A model generated the notes under the pieces. The model did not search any database. It saw only the letters and a program-made list of their open reading frames with translations, and was not told the origin of the DNA. A stretch of DNA of 64,000 nt from Sphagnum compactum (lineage: Eukaryota): positions 27,084,213 through 27,148,212 of the forward strand of contig OZ234493.1 of the NCBI GenBank assembly GCA_965153455.1. Direction: 5' to 3'. Shown here in pieces: positions 41,502 to 54,020 of the stretch; position 1 is the first letter of the stretch; each line of letters begins with the position of its first letter. The translations under genes and the position numbers were made by a program.

Positions 41502-44500
41502 TTGGAATTGGTTTAAAGCCAATTCCCAAGTAAAGGGGAATGGAAATGTGTTTTTATTTATCTATGTTTTTTCTAAAAAATAGTTCAACATCAAAGTCAT
41601 GATCAAAATTTTAATATTTTTTTGTACCAATTTGCATATCATTTCTTTTCAATTGAATTTGAATTCAATCTAATTTGAATTCCATTCAATGTATTTAATC
41701 AATTTGATTAAATTCATTTGAATTTGAACTAAATTTAAAAATTGGAATTCAATCCAAATTGTTGCAATGCCATTCAATATTTCATTTGAATGCAACTTAA
41801 CTATGACAAAATGAATTTTTTTTAATCATTTGATCATAATTGGTAGTGCATAGCAACACAAAGCCCAAGTTGATATAACATTTCCATTTTGCCCTACTAT
41901 GTAGCCTTTTTTTTTTCTAATGGACAAACAAGATGGGAGGAAATGTGATGTTATTTATGACCACTCTAGGGACACATGGGAACTATGGGAACATATGGAA
42001 CATTTAACAAATAATGTGCGATAACTTTAAGAACAAATTTTGGGGATATATGGAAACTTTGGGAAGAACACAACGAACTTATGACAAACATATAAGATAA
42101 AACTAAAAACACATAAGGTCCATGCGATGATATTTATATAAATTTTACTTTAGTTGAATCACATTTTTAATTTATGTCAAGCAATATGAATGGTTGTCAT
42201 TGACATAAAATTCATACAAGTATCCTCATATTCTTTGACATAAAATTAAAATGCGATTCATTCAAAATCACATAGGAAGAAATTCAAATGAAATGCTTAG
42301 CAATGGAGTAGATTTTTGAAATAAATGAAACATAAAATCAGTTGCCTCCCTTTACATATTTCTAGAACTTTGAATTTAAGGCATTCAATGTAAGTTATTA
42401 TGGATTTTGATATAGGCATGTTTGAGGATCACATGTTTATGTCCATAAGGTCTAATCTACCTTTCGTGTTTAAGTGTTGTAGATGCAAATGAATGTGTAG
42501 TCCTTGGCTGAAAGTAAGGCACAACAAATTGGGAGCATCTTTAAAAAAATTATTAAATGATAAGTTAAAACTCATCTTGAAAACACATTCCTTGTATATG
42601 CTATTGAAGTTAAGATTAAGGATAATATTGAAGCTTGTTTTGTGATCTTGTACCTTATACATTCTGCATACTAATGTACCAAAAAAAGTAGAAAAACATT
42701 CAAAAAACCCAACAAAAGCCTTAAAATGCATTTTGCCAAGTTTGTACACATTTCACTCATTTTAAAATTAATTTCAAATTTGAACAATGTTGTGTTTCCT
42801 TTTAAAGAGAACCTCTAGTTGCGAATTTGACACTTTATTTTCTTTTTGGGAGGTTCTCCGAATGTGGGTTTAAGGATGGTTTTTTCAATTTTTAAACCTT
42901 TTGGTTTTGATTAGGGTAGATATTTCAAATTCAAAAGCCCATTCCAAATACAAAAGGGTTTGTTCAAAATGCTTTGTGTATAAAATTTTACAACAAATTA
43001 AGTCCAAGGATTGCATAGGTATTAAGTTGAGCAATTAATTAACACTAGTATTTAAATATAATACACTTGTCTTTTTTTTTTAAATTCACCTAGTCTACCT
43101 AAACAACCTAATGAATTATTTTTTCTGTCTATGATGTCTTGATTGGAATATGTACGATTTCAATTAAATTCATGTAATTATCATGATATAATTTTGAATA
43201 AATTATATAATTTAAATGTATTGAACATGAACATTCATGTATATCATTCAAAAACAATATTTCATTTGTTTGAATATTTAAAATATTTTAATAACAAAAG
43301 ATTCATGCAACTTTTGTACAAACCTATGAAAATCAAATTCTACACAAAATTTGTACAAACTTTTGAAACTTTGATAAATCTGTGTTGTAATTTGATTCTA
43401 CATCACAAGAACCTAACCCTAAACCCTCATATTTAACAATGCCAACCGAGGTTTTTATTCTCCCTTGAAAAGAAATTATTTTACATTTTCACATAATTTC
43501 ACCATTAGTTTTAATAAATTTACATTTTTCTGTTTTCAACCCCTTAAAAAAAATCATATTCCACATTATATAACCTTGATGGAAGTTATGGAATGAGAAA
43601 GAGGCCACGAGCTACCAGAAACAACTGAGTGTAATGAAAATTAAAGTTGTGCTCCTTTCATCCACGAAGAGAGCAGCTATGACCTTGTCCCTTGTGCTAA
43701 TGAGTAGGTCACTAATGAAAGGAAGGTTGAAGGTTATGGCTCATAACTCATGACCTGATAGCCAATCAGAGCATCGAGATTCTCATTAGGGTCAGATATG
43801 AACCGTAAGAACTACACTGGGTTTTGGACTTTTTACAAGGTTGACAAAACTGGGAAGAAGGAACAACACAAAAGAGACGAACTCAAATAAAGAAACAATA
43901 GTAAAACGAAGGGAGTGCAAACACAAGTAGCAGTTCATGTGCCCAGAAACAACCATAGACATCTCCGGACCTGTCCTTCCCCTACACTTGCAATCCATGT
44001 TGTTCTCTCAATGTGCGTGTTCTAAGTTCTCACACACACTTGATCCACAAGCCATGACCTTGTTCGCCTTGAATCCCCCCTTTCTACAAACATATCACAG
44101 CAAAGAAAAAAGAAGGGTGAATCTTCAAAGATCCCAATTCCATAAACATCTATCTTTAAACTAAGAACTTTGCTTGGGCAATGCACAATTTCCCATCAAT
44201 AACCTTATCTTCTCAGATACGATGTACAGAAGTCTCCTGCATAAACAAACAAGATATTTCCCCTTTTTAAGCCCTGTGGGTATCTAACAACCCACGTGGC
44301 TGGGAACTGACATTAGTCCTAGGGTAAAATGCAACCTTCTGCCTCATATGTGACTTAGCAATGAACTAAAAACCTTTTTTCCTTGTAATAAAAACAGTTA
44401 TTTTATGTCTGGGAACAGGGGTGAAGAGGCCCTTACTCTATTGTGTCAACCTTGCATCTGCCCTACTGTTACAATCCCTCCTCCACTTTTGATGTGTTTG

Positions 44501-44995
44501 TGGTGATTTTGTACCCACATAAATGGGAAGGCCCCCTCACTTGACAAGCAATCCCCTCCTTCCCCCTCCCAATTTTTTTGGACTTCTAACACAGAGCCTA
44601 AATCTCACTTCCGGCGAATGGACCCCTTCCTCTTTGGGGGTCTCACCAGTTGCAACCACCCGATGCTTACGCTTTTTAAACCCTTCTCTTTTCATGTGTT
44701 TGTTGTCCTAAAACAACACAACAAACACCATACATTCCAAGCACCCCCACACAAAACACAAAAAGAGAACCTCACCCACCCCTCCCCCCAGTTGTGAATG
44801 TGCAACTCAGTTCTAAAAAAGAGCTCCAAGCCACTAGAAAACCACCATCACTTGGAAACAATTTGCCATCTGTACACTAAACAAAGGTCATGAAAAATTT
44901 ACAAACTACAGAGACCATGCAAGCATTGACCACATGCATGTTGTCATCACATGTATAATTAAGCTAGTAGTGAATCTGTATGTTGAGATTTGAGT

Positions 44996-47900
44996 CTAGC
45001 GCCAATACTGAGCCCACCGATGTATGGTCTCCACCACTTGCGGAAACAGTGCACTCACACTGTCATTAATCAAAGACTGGAAGAACTGCACTGCTTCTTC
45101 ATCATCCAGGTCTAGTCGGAATTTCTCTTGCAACTGCAGGAATATATCCAGAAAAGAGGTTGGTACAACTGAAACAATGCCATAACAGCTATCCCTGTAG
45201 TCATACCCTGAAACAAGCAAAATTACAACTTTCAATTTTTTTTCACAAAGAATGTCGTACACACCTTAAGGATGCCCTTTTCAGGGTCTGAGGCTATGTC
45301 TGGAATGTTTGCTCCCGCCATCAAATGGAAGAGATTGAGGATGAGGTTGCTTGATTTCCTCAGAATATTGTATGCCTCACAGCAATAGGACTTGAACTTC
45401 CCATAGTGCTGACTGTACATGGGTATACAGCCCAGGCCATACCAGGAGGAAGAGCAAATCAGAAATGCCACTTTTTATAGAGGCAGTGAGGAGCATAAAG
45501 TGTAACAATGTTCATGCTCTAGAACTGGACTTAACAGTCTGTGCAGACAAAGTCACACTAAGAAATTTGGATTGAATATCTTGGGAAAGAGATTGTACCT
45601 TTCTGCACCACCCATTGCTTCAACCATCTCCTTGCACAGTTTCATAGGAGGTGGGAAGGGCTTGGGATCACGCCCTAATATGAAACCAAAGTCTATATGG
45701 AAGAGACGCCCGTCCTTTGTGAGAAGCAGATTATCCAAATGCCTATGGCCCATCATCCAAAAACTCTTGAGAGATGATTGATATGCAATGTCAATGTCTG
45801 CCAACCATGCCATTGAGCAGCGAAGTGTGATAGCACAATTAAATTTTTAATGAAAGCATAACTTGACATCAGATAACTATCAAGAGAAGAACTGTGCTAG
45901 GCATTGCAGTATGGCATCAGAACCAATGATGTTTGGTTGCAGCAAAGAAACAGTTGGTATGTGTACCCACCTGTCACCAACACCAAGGATGTACATAATT
46001 ACACAGTAGCCTGCACAGCTTTTCACAAATGTTTCCAGACAGGCAGCAGTGATGCCAAATGGTCCCTCCTCATCAGGATGGAATTGATGGAAATAGCTCA
46101 CAATTGTTTTGTGATCTGCCAAAACCTGCAGAAGTATAACACACAGTTCAGCCTAACATTGAATATTTGTGAACAAATGGTGAGAGCAGAGGAAACATAC
46201 ATATCCAATTAGCAAATACTACTCCTGCACACAGATTACTACTTCTCTTCATGGACAACAGGTATAAGCCTGTACTTGTGCAAGTGATATAGAAGGAACA
46301 AACTCCACCATGCCCTCATCTTGTGCAGTCGCCAGCACACGGTAGGGTGTGAGTTGCAGATCAAGGTTCTCCAGTTTAAGAAGCCTATCCATTAAAGACA
46401 ACATTTGAATAACCTGCAATACCACCCACACCAATACACAGCAGTCAGTTGAATGAGTGATCAAACTGGCACCAGATGGAAAGAGGGAGAACACAGGAAG
46501 ATTATTGCAGCTGAATAAACCACTGTGCTAGGAAATATATCCACATGTCCATTTGAGGACCATGTACCAGCTGATCTTGCCGTAAATCATCCCCCTTCTT
46601 GAATATGATCTTGCACTTTCCACCACCTTCAGTTCTGAATGTAAGGCGAAGGGGATGCAGAGCACTCTTGAAAATGGATGATTCAGACGGAATGATTCCA
46701 GTAATCATGGTTTGAGGCTCCAAGGGAAGGGGTATAGGCTACAACAGGAAATAGCTTTGTATCAGTATGTCTGCTAAAAATGACAAGCATTTGTACTCAT
46801 CACAGCACCAAGGAATATAATTCATTGTTCTCTCCAGCATTTACTTGCATAAAGAGTGGGAATAAAGGAAACATCAATTCACCTCATCAAAATAAGTTAG
46901 TTCACTTAATAGACCAGAGAGAAGTTGTCGAAGCTTCTCGATCTTCTTCTGAGTTCCACCTCTCACATTCTTGACATCTCGCATGATGGTACAAATTTGT
47001 GCTATTAGTTCTGTTTGATGGACCAAGCACTGCCATAGTTTCTCTCCCCCTTCATCTGCCTCTTTGCTTTCAAGCCTTGCCTGCAATATGGGCCAGATTA
47101 CATGAGAGCCCAACATGAGGCAGCAACATGCCCAACAGAATTACGACAATTAGGATCACATAAGGACCCATAACCTTTCAAGTCTCAAAGGCTATATTTC
47201 AATTGGTTCTGACTGAGGCAAACAGGCTCATGCCTGCGATTATAAAAAAGAAGACACAAGTAAAACAATTTCTGCTAAGAAGAGCATAAATCTTCAATTA
47301 CCTTTGTCATGCTATCTTCAAATATCTCATAGATGGAGTAAAACCTTTTTGCATAACCAGGGTCATGAAGCTCCACTGTCACATACCATCGGAGGAAGCT
47401 TGCAAGTTCAAGTTTTTGAGTAGCTGCATTTGCATAAGCATGGGTTAATCAGCCAGATGACTCAAGATTCTGGCAACATAATAAGCATGTCCCCACTTCC
47501 CCAATAGCTAACACTATGTAAACTAAAGGGCCAGAATAAAAACTTCAATATCAGTGGAATCAAGGATTTTCTTTTGAGTTTTAACAAACCAAGAACCCTT
47601 TGTGCATATACTGGTGATTAAGATCTAAGTCTCTGCAAACAATCATTATGTCCAACAGAACATGGTGGAGTATACTGCAGGGTTGGGTTTTTCCTGCACT
47701 ATGCAGTTATTGTTTGTCAACATATGGGAGGGTTAAATAATCCTACCTCTTTTAACAAGAAAGAACGCAAGTCGGGACTTGTCAGAACGTTCAAAGCGAA
47801 GAGCCTGGACTAGCTGGAGTAAGTAGCATTGTAGTTCTTCATCCTCTGCTCCCTCCAGCACTGTAACAGCATGTCCACGAACCTACAAAACATTCTGGCT

Positions 47901-50900
47901 TCAGATAAGGAAGCAGAAACTGCTATCATCCCCACAGTATGTGTGCCACATATAGCAACCATCACTTGAAATGAACAATCCATCTTCACACTCTTTTTGG
48001 AATTGAGAAAGTCATGTAAAATGTGCAAACAATCTTCTAGCCTTCTTCTAGACAGCCTAGTTCTCAAGACCACAAGACAAGAGACAACCATTACCAAAGC
48101 TGACCCCAGCATCATCAACAACCAAAATCAGGATGAGGAGCATAAACATAGTGCAAATCAAATACCTCTTCACTCTCAAACACTGGGGAGAGAAGCTCCA
48201 GAGCATCCGCAATATCAATAGGTGCCCATCTTCTCATTAGGTCAACAGCTTGTTTTGCTTCCTGTGCAAGTGCAGGTCAACATTTCTCCAAATGAACGCA
48301 CAAAAATCAGGCAGTAAATAGATATTCTGATATATAATCAAGTGATCCTTGCAATCTCATCTATTGTATCAAGTGATCCAAGAAAATGGTATAGAAAACA
48401 TACTTGGGCATCTGTCCAGTCAACACAACGGAGGAACTTGGTAAGTGCACGTTTTTCTAACATCAGAGAGAACCTAAACTTCCACAGGAGCTGTCTCTCC
48501 TCACCACTCAGACTTCGTGTTGGTGGATGGTTCAGAATCTTCTGTATCTCCCTGTAGTTTAGCACAACAATAACTCAATATTTTAAGATATTCATCATAT
48601 ACTTAGACCTCCAAAACATACAGATGGAGGTCAAAAGCAATTCAGCATTGGAAACACAAGGCCTGTCCCATTATGCTCCATAAAAAGTCTATTATTTGTG
48701 CATAAGTCTGACTGAATGTAGGCAAAGATAGAAAAGAAAGAAATGCCAATACTTTCTCTCATTAATGTTGGGCTTCAAGTCACGGTCAATAACGACCCGT
48801 GTTACGCTGCGGGCAAGCTTCAACTGTTTGTTCTCAGATGGGTTTTGCCGGCCAACTTCCGGGTCCCACACAGTTACAAGCTCATTGGAAGGAGATATGG
48901 GTGACTGCATTAACAAATTTGCCCCGAGTTCCTGCAATGAATGCACACTTGTCTGTTAAGGATGAAACAGATATGTGGATAATATGAAACAAAAAATTGA
49001 TTTTCATGCTCACAACATGCCAAACCTTTGGGTATGAACATAAAGTTTTGCCTGTCTTCCAATATACAAAGCAAAGTGTGTGCATTCAAATTCAGATTAG
49101 ATAACCTGAAATGCTACAGGATGCTCAAAAGTGCGTAGATCAACAATTAGATGGAGATGAGTACTCCCATTGCGCTTGCTCTCTTCTTCCTTGATCCGTT
49201 CAATAGCCTTGAAAGTAAGGGAATCCAGCCACTCAATGTGTGCAACCTGCCCTCTCTCAAACTTATTCATGAGCTTTTCAAGGCGTTCCAACTCACCCCG
49301 TTCATGTTTGGGCACCTGAGACCTACTTCCCAGTCAGCCACTGTTTCTTGAAAGCAGCAGTATTATCACAGCAATGGATTGCAAAATGTTTGCAAAACCT
49401 CTCAGAAAAACCTTGTCTGCATTTTTCTTGTATATACACAAAAGGTCTGGACTCCTCACCCTGTACATAACAAATACCTTGCCAGGTGTACTTGTAGGCA
49501 CAGAGCCATCAGCCTCTCTGCCACGCCACAAACGTAGCTTCTGCTTTCCTGTCTTCAACTGCTTCTTGCTGCTGAACAGGCCCAGTGTGGCACTACCAAC
49601 GGCCACTTCTTGCCTTGGTGAGGAGACATCCCAGACCTGATAAACTCCACCAAAGGAGGGGAAAGTCTTATCTTGAAAGTTGTCATCCACAATGAACAGC
49701 TATGATAAAGCTATTATTCCTAAGAGATTCAATACTCATTCAAATTCGTACCACATCCCAGGTTGGAAACAATGAGACCTATCAAGATTTTCCAGCAACC
49801 AATTCCACAGATAAAGCCATTCATATGGTAACAGAAGTAGTTTCAAATCAATAGAAGTTAGACCAGAGCTTGTGTCAAGAACTCACCGTGAGTGCAAGCT
49901 GTGCATTGTCTGTCAGGTCACGATACTTGGCACTAAGTGTAATCAGTTCATTCCACCGAAATGGCTTCTCAATTGAAGCTAGCCTGCAGCGATCACAAGC
50001 CCAGATGCCCACAAACTATTCACATTATGCAACACCAGCACAATGTTCACAGAAAGAAGAAGAAGAAGAAGAATGATGTGAAGTTTGCCAATTAAGCACA
50101 ACTGACTGTCTCTTCACCCCTAGGGTTACTGCCTCATTGTGGACATGGTCAATTCCTACCAATTATAACAAGAGCCTGACATTCACCAAGGTTTACCCCT
50201 AGGTACTCATGTCTCATCAAAGTGACCTGTTTAACCAGCGGCCCCACTAGAGCTGGGTTGGCTATTGTAAGACCTATCATGTCCTAGGGGTGAATGAATC
50301 CACAACCACTTGCAAGGTGCCCAACCACTTGGGTTACCAGCTTCATGCTCATAGGATGAATACTAGTCTGCTTTTGGCCTAGTGTACAACTACCTCATTT
50401 GTTCACAGTGGTGGACAGATTAACACACAAACAGAAATGCAAAGGTCTACTAGGTATTGCGGAACCTGGTCCGTGTTGGAAGGCCAAAGAGAACACCATC
50501 GATGTAAAGTGCACACTCCACATAAAGCTCTAGTGTTGAGTTCACTGTACCATTCATGGTCTCTGGAGAAAGAGAAAGAAGAGACAGGAGGGATCAAATT
50601 TAGATGCTTCACGGCTTAGAACACATAAAACATACTCAAAACAGCACATTATTAGGTCTTTGAATTTTTGGTCTCATGGGTTTGGATCTGATGATGCAAA
50701 ATTCAATTGCACTGCCAAAAAGCAGCTGGAACTTCTTTGATTGGCAGTTGAATGGTCGAGAAACAAGAAAACCTAACTCCAAACCCTAAACCTTCACTCA
50801 AGTTAGGTCCCAAAGCTTGACAAAATCTGCCAGGCAGAAGAGAAGCAGTTGTGCAAATCAAATGTTACTTTGAAACCCAAATTGAGAATTGCAAATAGCC

Positions 50901-51499
50901 ATCAGAAGGCAACTCCTTCTGCAACAACTTTTTTTCTGAGTAAAACTGCAGAAGCTCTTAAAAAGAAGTCTTTTTCCCATACACCAAAAGAAGGTGGCAT
51001 GAACCTGGATCCATCAATTCAGATTCCTCACAAACTTGGCAAGAATATTAAATTTTTTTCCTTCAATTCCTTTGAATTTCTTTAGGTGTATTCCCAATTG
51101 GATGGTGTTTTGTCATATCCAAATCTTTGTAAACCCTTGCTGGCGTCAAAATGCGGTTCTGAAACAAGGCAAAACCCTGTTCCAAAAGCTTCAAATTCAT
51201 GCACGGTCTACATATCACTCTGCATGCGAAGATGATGCTGTGCCGCTTGAGGTCCAGGAGGGATCAATCATCATCCCTAAGGACTCCTGTTATTGAGGCA
51301 TAAATTTAACAAATGGCTTTTCATGGACATGTGACTGGAAACCACAAAATTCACAATGCGAAGGGGGGGGGAGAAGCAGGTCAAGAAACAGACCTGCAGG
51401 AGGACGCACAGGCGTGTCTCCATCCAAAGATTCGATGCGGAATGTGACTGGCAGGTTAATGTCACAGGAAAGAAAGAATCTGAACTCGTTTCCACTCAT
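44996..51499 (-). CDS. VPS34: Phosphatidylinositol 3-kinase class III
   Basis: Exons 51499-51394, 50562-50466, 49983-49887, 49636-49478, 49315-49106, 48931-48753, 48551-48404, 48261-48166, 47882-47747, 47423-47302, 47080-46883, 46738-46568, 46413-46276, 46125-45971, 45742-45599, 45412-45265, 45133-44996. Motifs [67 protein letters not shown] and terminal HRWAQYWR*. Confidence 0.97.
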
Positions 51500-52223
51500 C
51501 TCTTCCCCCCTCCCTTTTTCTTTTTTCTTTTTTTGCTTATACAAAACACGTCCAACTATGTTTCATCTCCTTCTCTCCTCCGTTTCATCTTCTTCGGACG
51601 CTTCTCTGAAACAAACACACATGGTCAAGAGCCAAGACCACACCACCAGTTCCAAAAGCGAAAAAACCAATTCCAGACCCAAAAAAAAAAGAAAAAGAAG
51701 AAGAGAGGAGAAGTCGGGGGGTGGGACGCCAAAAAAAACCGCTTGTTCTCTTCAGCAGCAGAGTATCAGATTGTCTACTGAAGTCGGATAGTTGCTCGTT
51801 GCAAGCGCTTTGTTCACCGCAATGCACACAAAAGCGTCGCCTACAACGCAAGCAAACGAAGAAACAAAGACACGGAGCTTTCCTCGTCTCTCTTCCCTCA
51901 CGCCATCGGTGGATAGATGAATGAATAAGTAAGGAAGAGGATGATAGCAAGCCGAATGGGATGACGTCCACGAGGAGCGCTCACGGCTCCAATATTCATT
52001 CATCTCCTTTTTGTTCATTTCTCATTTCTTTACCTTTTTTTGGTTGTTCTCTGAATTTAAATAAAGAAGCCATGGATTTCCCAACAATAGTAATAATAAT
52101 AATATTATTATTATTTACATTTATCATATATAATTATGATAATAATTATATTATTATTATTATTTTAGGCTTGAGATTTAGATTAAGGTGTGTGTGTGTG
52201 TGTGTGTTTTTTGTGTTTCTTTC

Positions 52224-52373
52224 GATGGAATTAGCCTTTTGGTAAATTTGGAGCTAACATTGAAATTGTGAATGATGGAATTAGCCATTTTGGTAAATTT
52301 GGAGCTAAAATTGAAATTGTGAATGATGGAATTAGCCTTTTGGTAAATTTGGAACTAAAATTGAAATTGTGAA
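52224..52373. repeat. Three-copy tandem repeat, unit about 50 bp
   Basis: GATGGAATTAGCCTTTTGGTAAATTTGGAGCTAA-x-ATTGAAATTGTGAA occurs three times. Confidence 0.9.
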
Positions 52374-52749
52374 AGAAACTTTTCAACAGGTGTTGAAGTT
52401 CTTTGGGTAGGCAAATTGAACATTATTGAAAAATCGTTAAATTGGTTAAACTTTTTAAATAGGTAATTAATTTTTATTAATTGTAAAGCATCACAAAACT
52501 TGATACTTATAAAATCCCCAACCTTGGAAAATGTGTACATGAAATCGTACACAATTTTCAAACTAAGCCCAAGGTTTTCAAACTTGGAAATTTTTGTCGA
52601 AACCAAGACTACATAGTTCAATGGTTGCTAGGTTTTGCTAGTAGGTGCTTACAACAAAGGTTTGCCCAATCTCAAAAAAAAGGTGAAAAATGGATGGGGA
52701 AAAAAAAAAAATAATAATATTTATTTGGGGAAATCCATGGGGTAACTTC

Positions 52750-54020
52750 GCATCTTGTTAATAAAATATAAAACATTTGTGTATCATTGCATGATCATAA
52801 TTAGATTTTTTCATTGCAAATGTAAAAAAATGTAAGTGTTAAAAATATCAATCGGTTATTGTCAAAAAGTGGTGGGAAACATAGATTAAATGTAAAATTT
52901 TCATATGTAGCCACTATTTATGAAATGTGTAATATAAATAATACATTTAATGTATTTTTCACACAATGTGCCATTAACATATTATTGTTTTTCGAGTAAA
53001 TAAAAAATTATTTTACCTTACCCATAGACTTGGAAACATGACAATCTCTTGTCCATGTTTTTTTTAATATAAATTCCTTGTTATGTCTAGACACATGTGC
53101 ATGTCAAATTTCAATTGAAAGAAAACTTAATATATCAAAATATATTTGTATATAAACAAATTCATATTGCATGAAAAAACAAATGACAAATAACAATTGA
53201 TTATTTTTGAAAAGTTTTGGAAAATGTAAACAAGGTGATAATTTTCAATATGTAACCATTTATTTGTCATTTGTGAAAATATTCATGATACATAAATTGT
53301 AGTTGTTCACACAAGGTGAATGTTTTATTGATATTTTTTAATACATCAATGATTACTTTATAATAACCATATACCTAGAAACATAACAACCTCTTATTGA
53401 TATGTATTTTCATTTTTTGGTTTGCTTTTGCTGTATTTAAGACAACAATTATTAATTGAACAAATCCTCAATGTACTATATGTATATATATAAAAACATC
53501 TTCAATTTATTTTTAAAATGAAAAATAACAAATATTGGTTATAGTTGAAAAGTGATCGAAAAAATAAATTAAATGTCATTTTTCACATGTGGTGATATAT
53601 AGAATGTATTGTTCACAAATGTGTGAGTAATACATTTTTATTAAATTTGATACATGAACAATTATTTTATAGCATCCATAAACATAAAAATGTGGCAACT
53701 TTTTGTCCATGTATTCCTACCTTTATAATGTTTAAAGATGCATAACAACTTTAAATTGAATTTTTTTTTATATTGTATCAACAAATCTTTAACGTATAAA
53801 AAAAACACATGGCAAACAATAATTGGTTATTGTTGAAAAGTGGTAGGAAATGTAAACTAGGTGTCAAGATTTTACACTTAATCATTGATTTGTCATGTGT
53901 GAAAAATAATCATTCATAGGTGTATCGATCACACACAATGTGAATATTAACAATTTCTTATACGCTAACAACTTACAATAGCCTTAAATATAAAAATGCA
54001 ATAGCCCTTATATATGTATT
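52750..54020. repeat. Old degenerate tandem array, about four units of ~290-340 bp
   Basis: A G[G/A]TTAT..T.[G/A]AAAAGT anchor recurs at ~52854, ~53199, ~53537 and ~53825, usually followed by TTCACA and [G/A]CAA..T-TGTCCATG-like blocks. Confidence 0.55.

Noticed and set aside
51200-51290. Possible poison exon in VPS34 intron 1 (AG|GAGTCCTTAGGGATGATGATTGA)
   Set aside because: Exon 1 joins 50562 in frame without it, and no strong donor supports inclusion.
26458-51499. Functional cluster of PH1 (phosphoinositide binder) and VPS34 (PI3P producer), with RabA nearby
   Set aside because: Proximity of housekeeping genes is expected by chance, and there is no evidence of co-regulation without synteny data.
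52224-52373. CRISPR-like appearance of the triple repeat
   Set aside because: Units are contiguous without unique spacers, there are no cas genes, and the context is eukaryotic.
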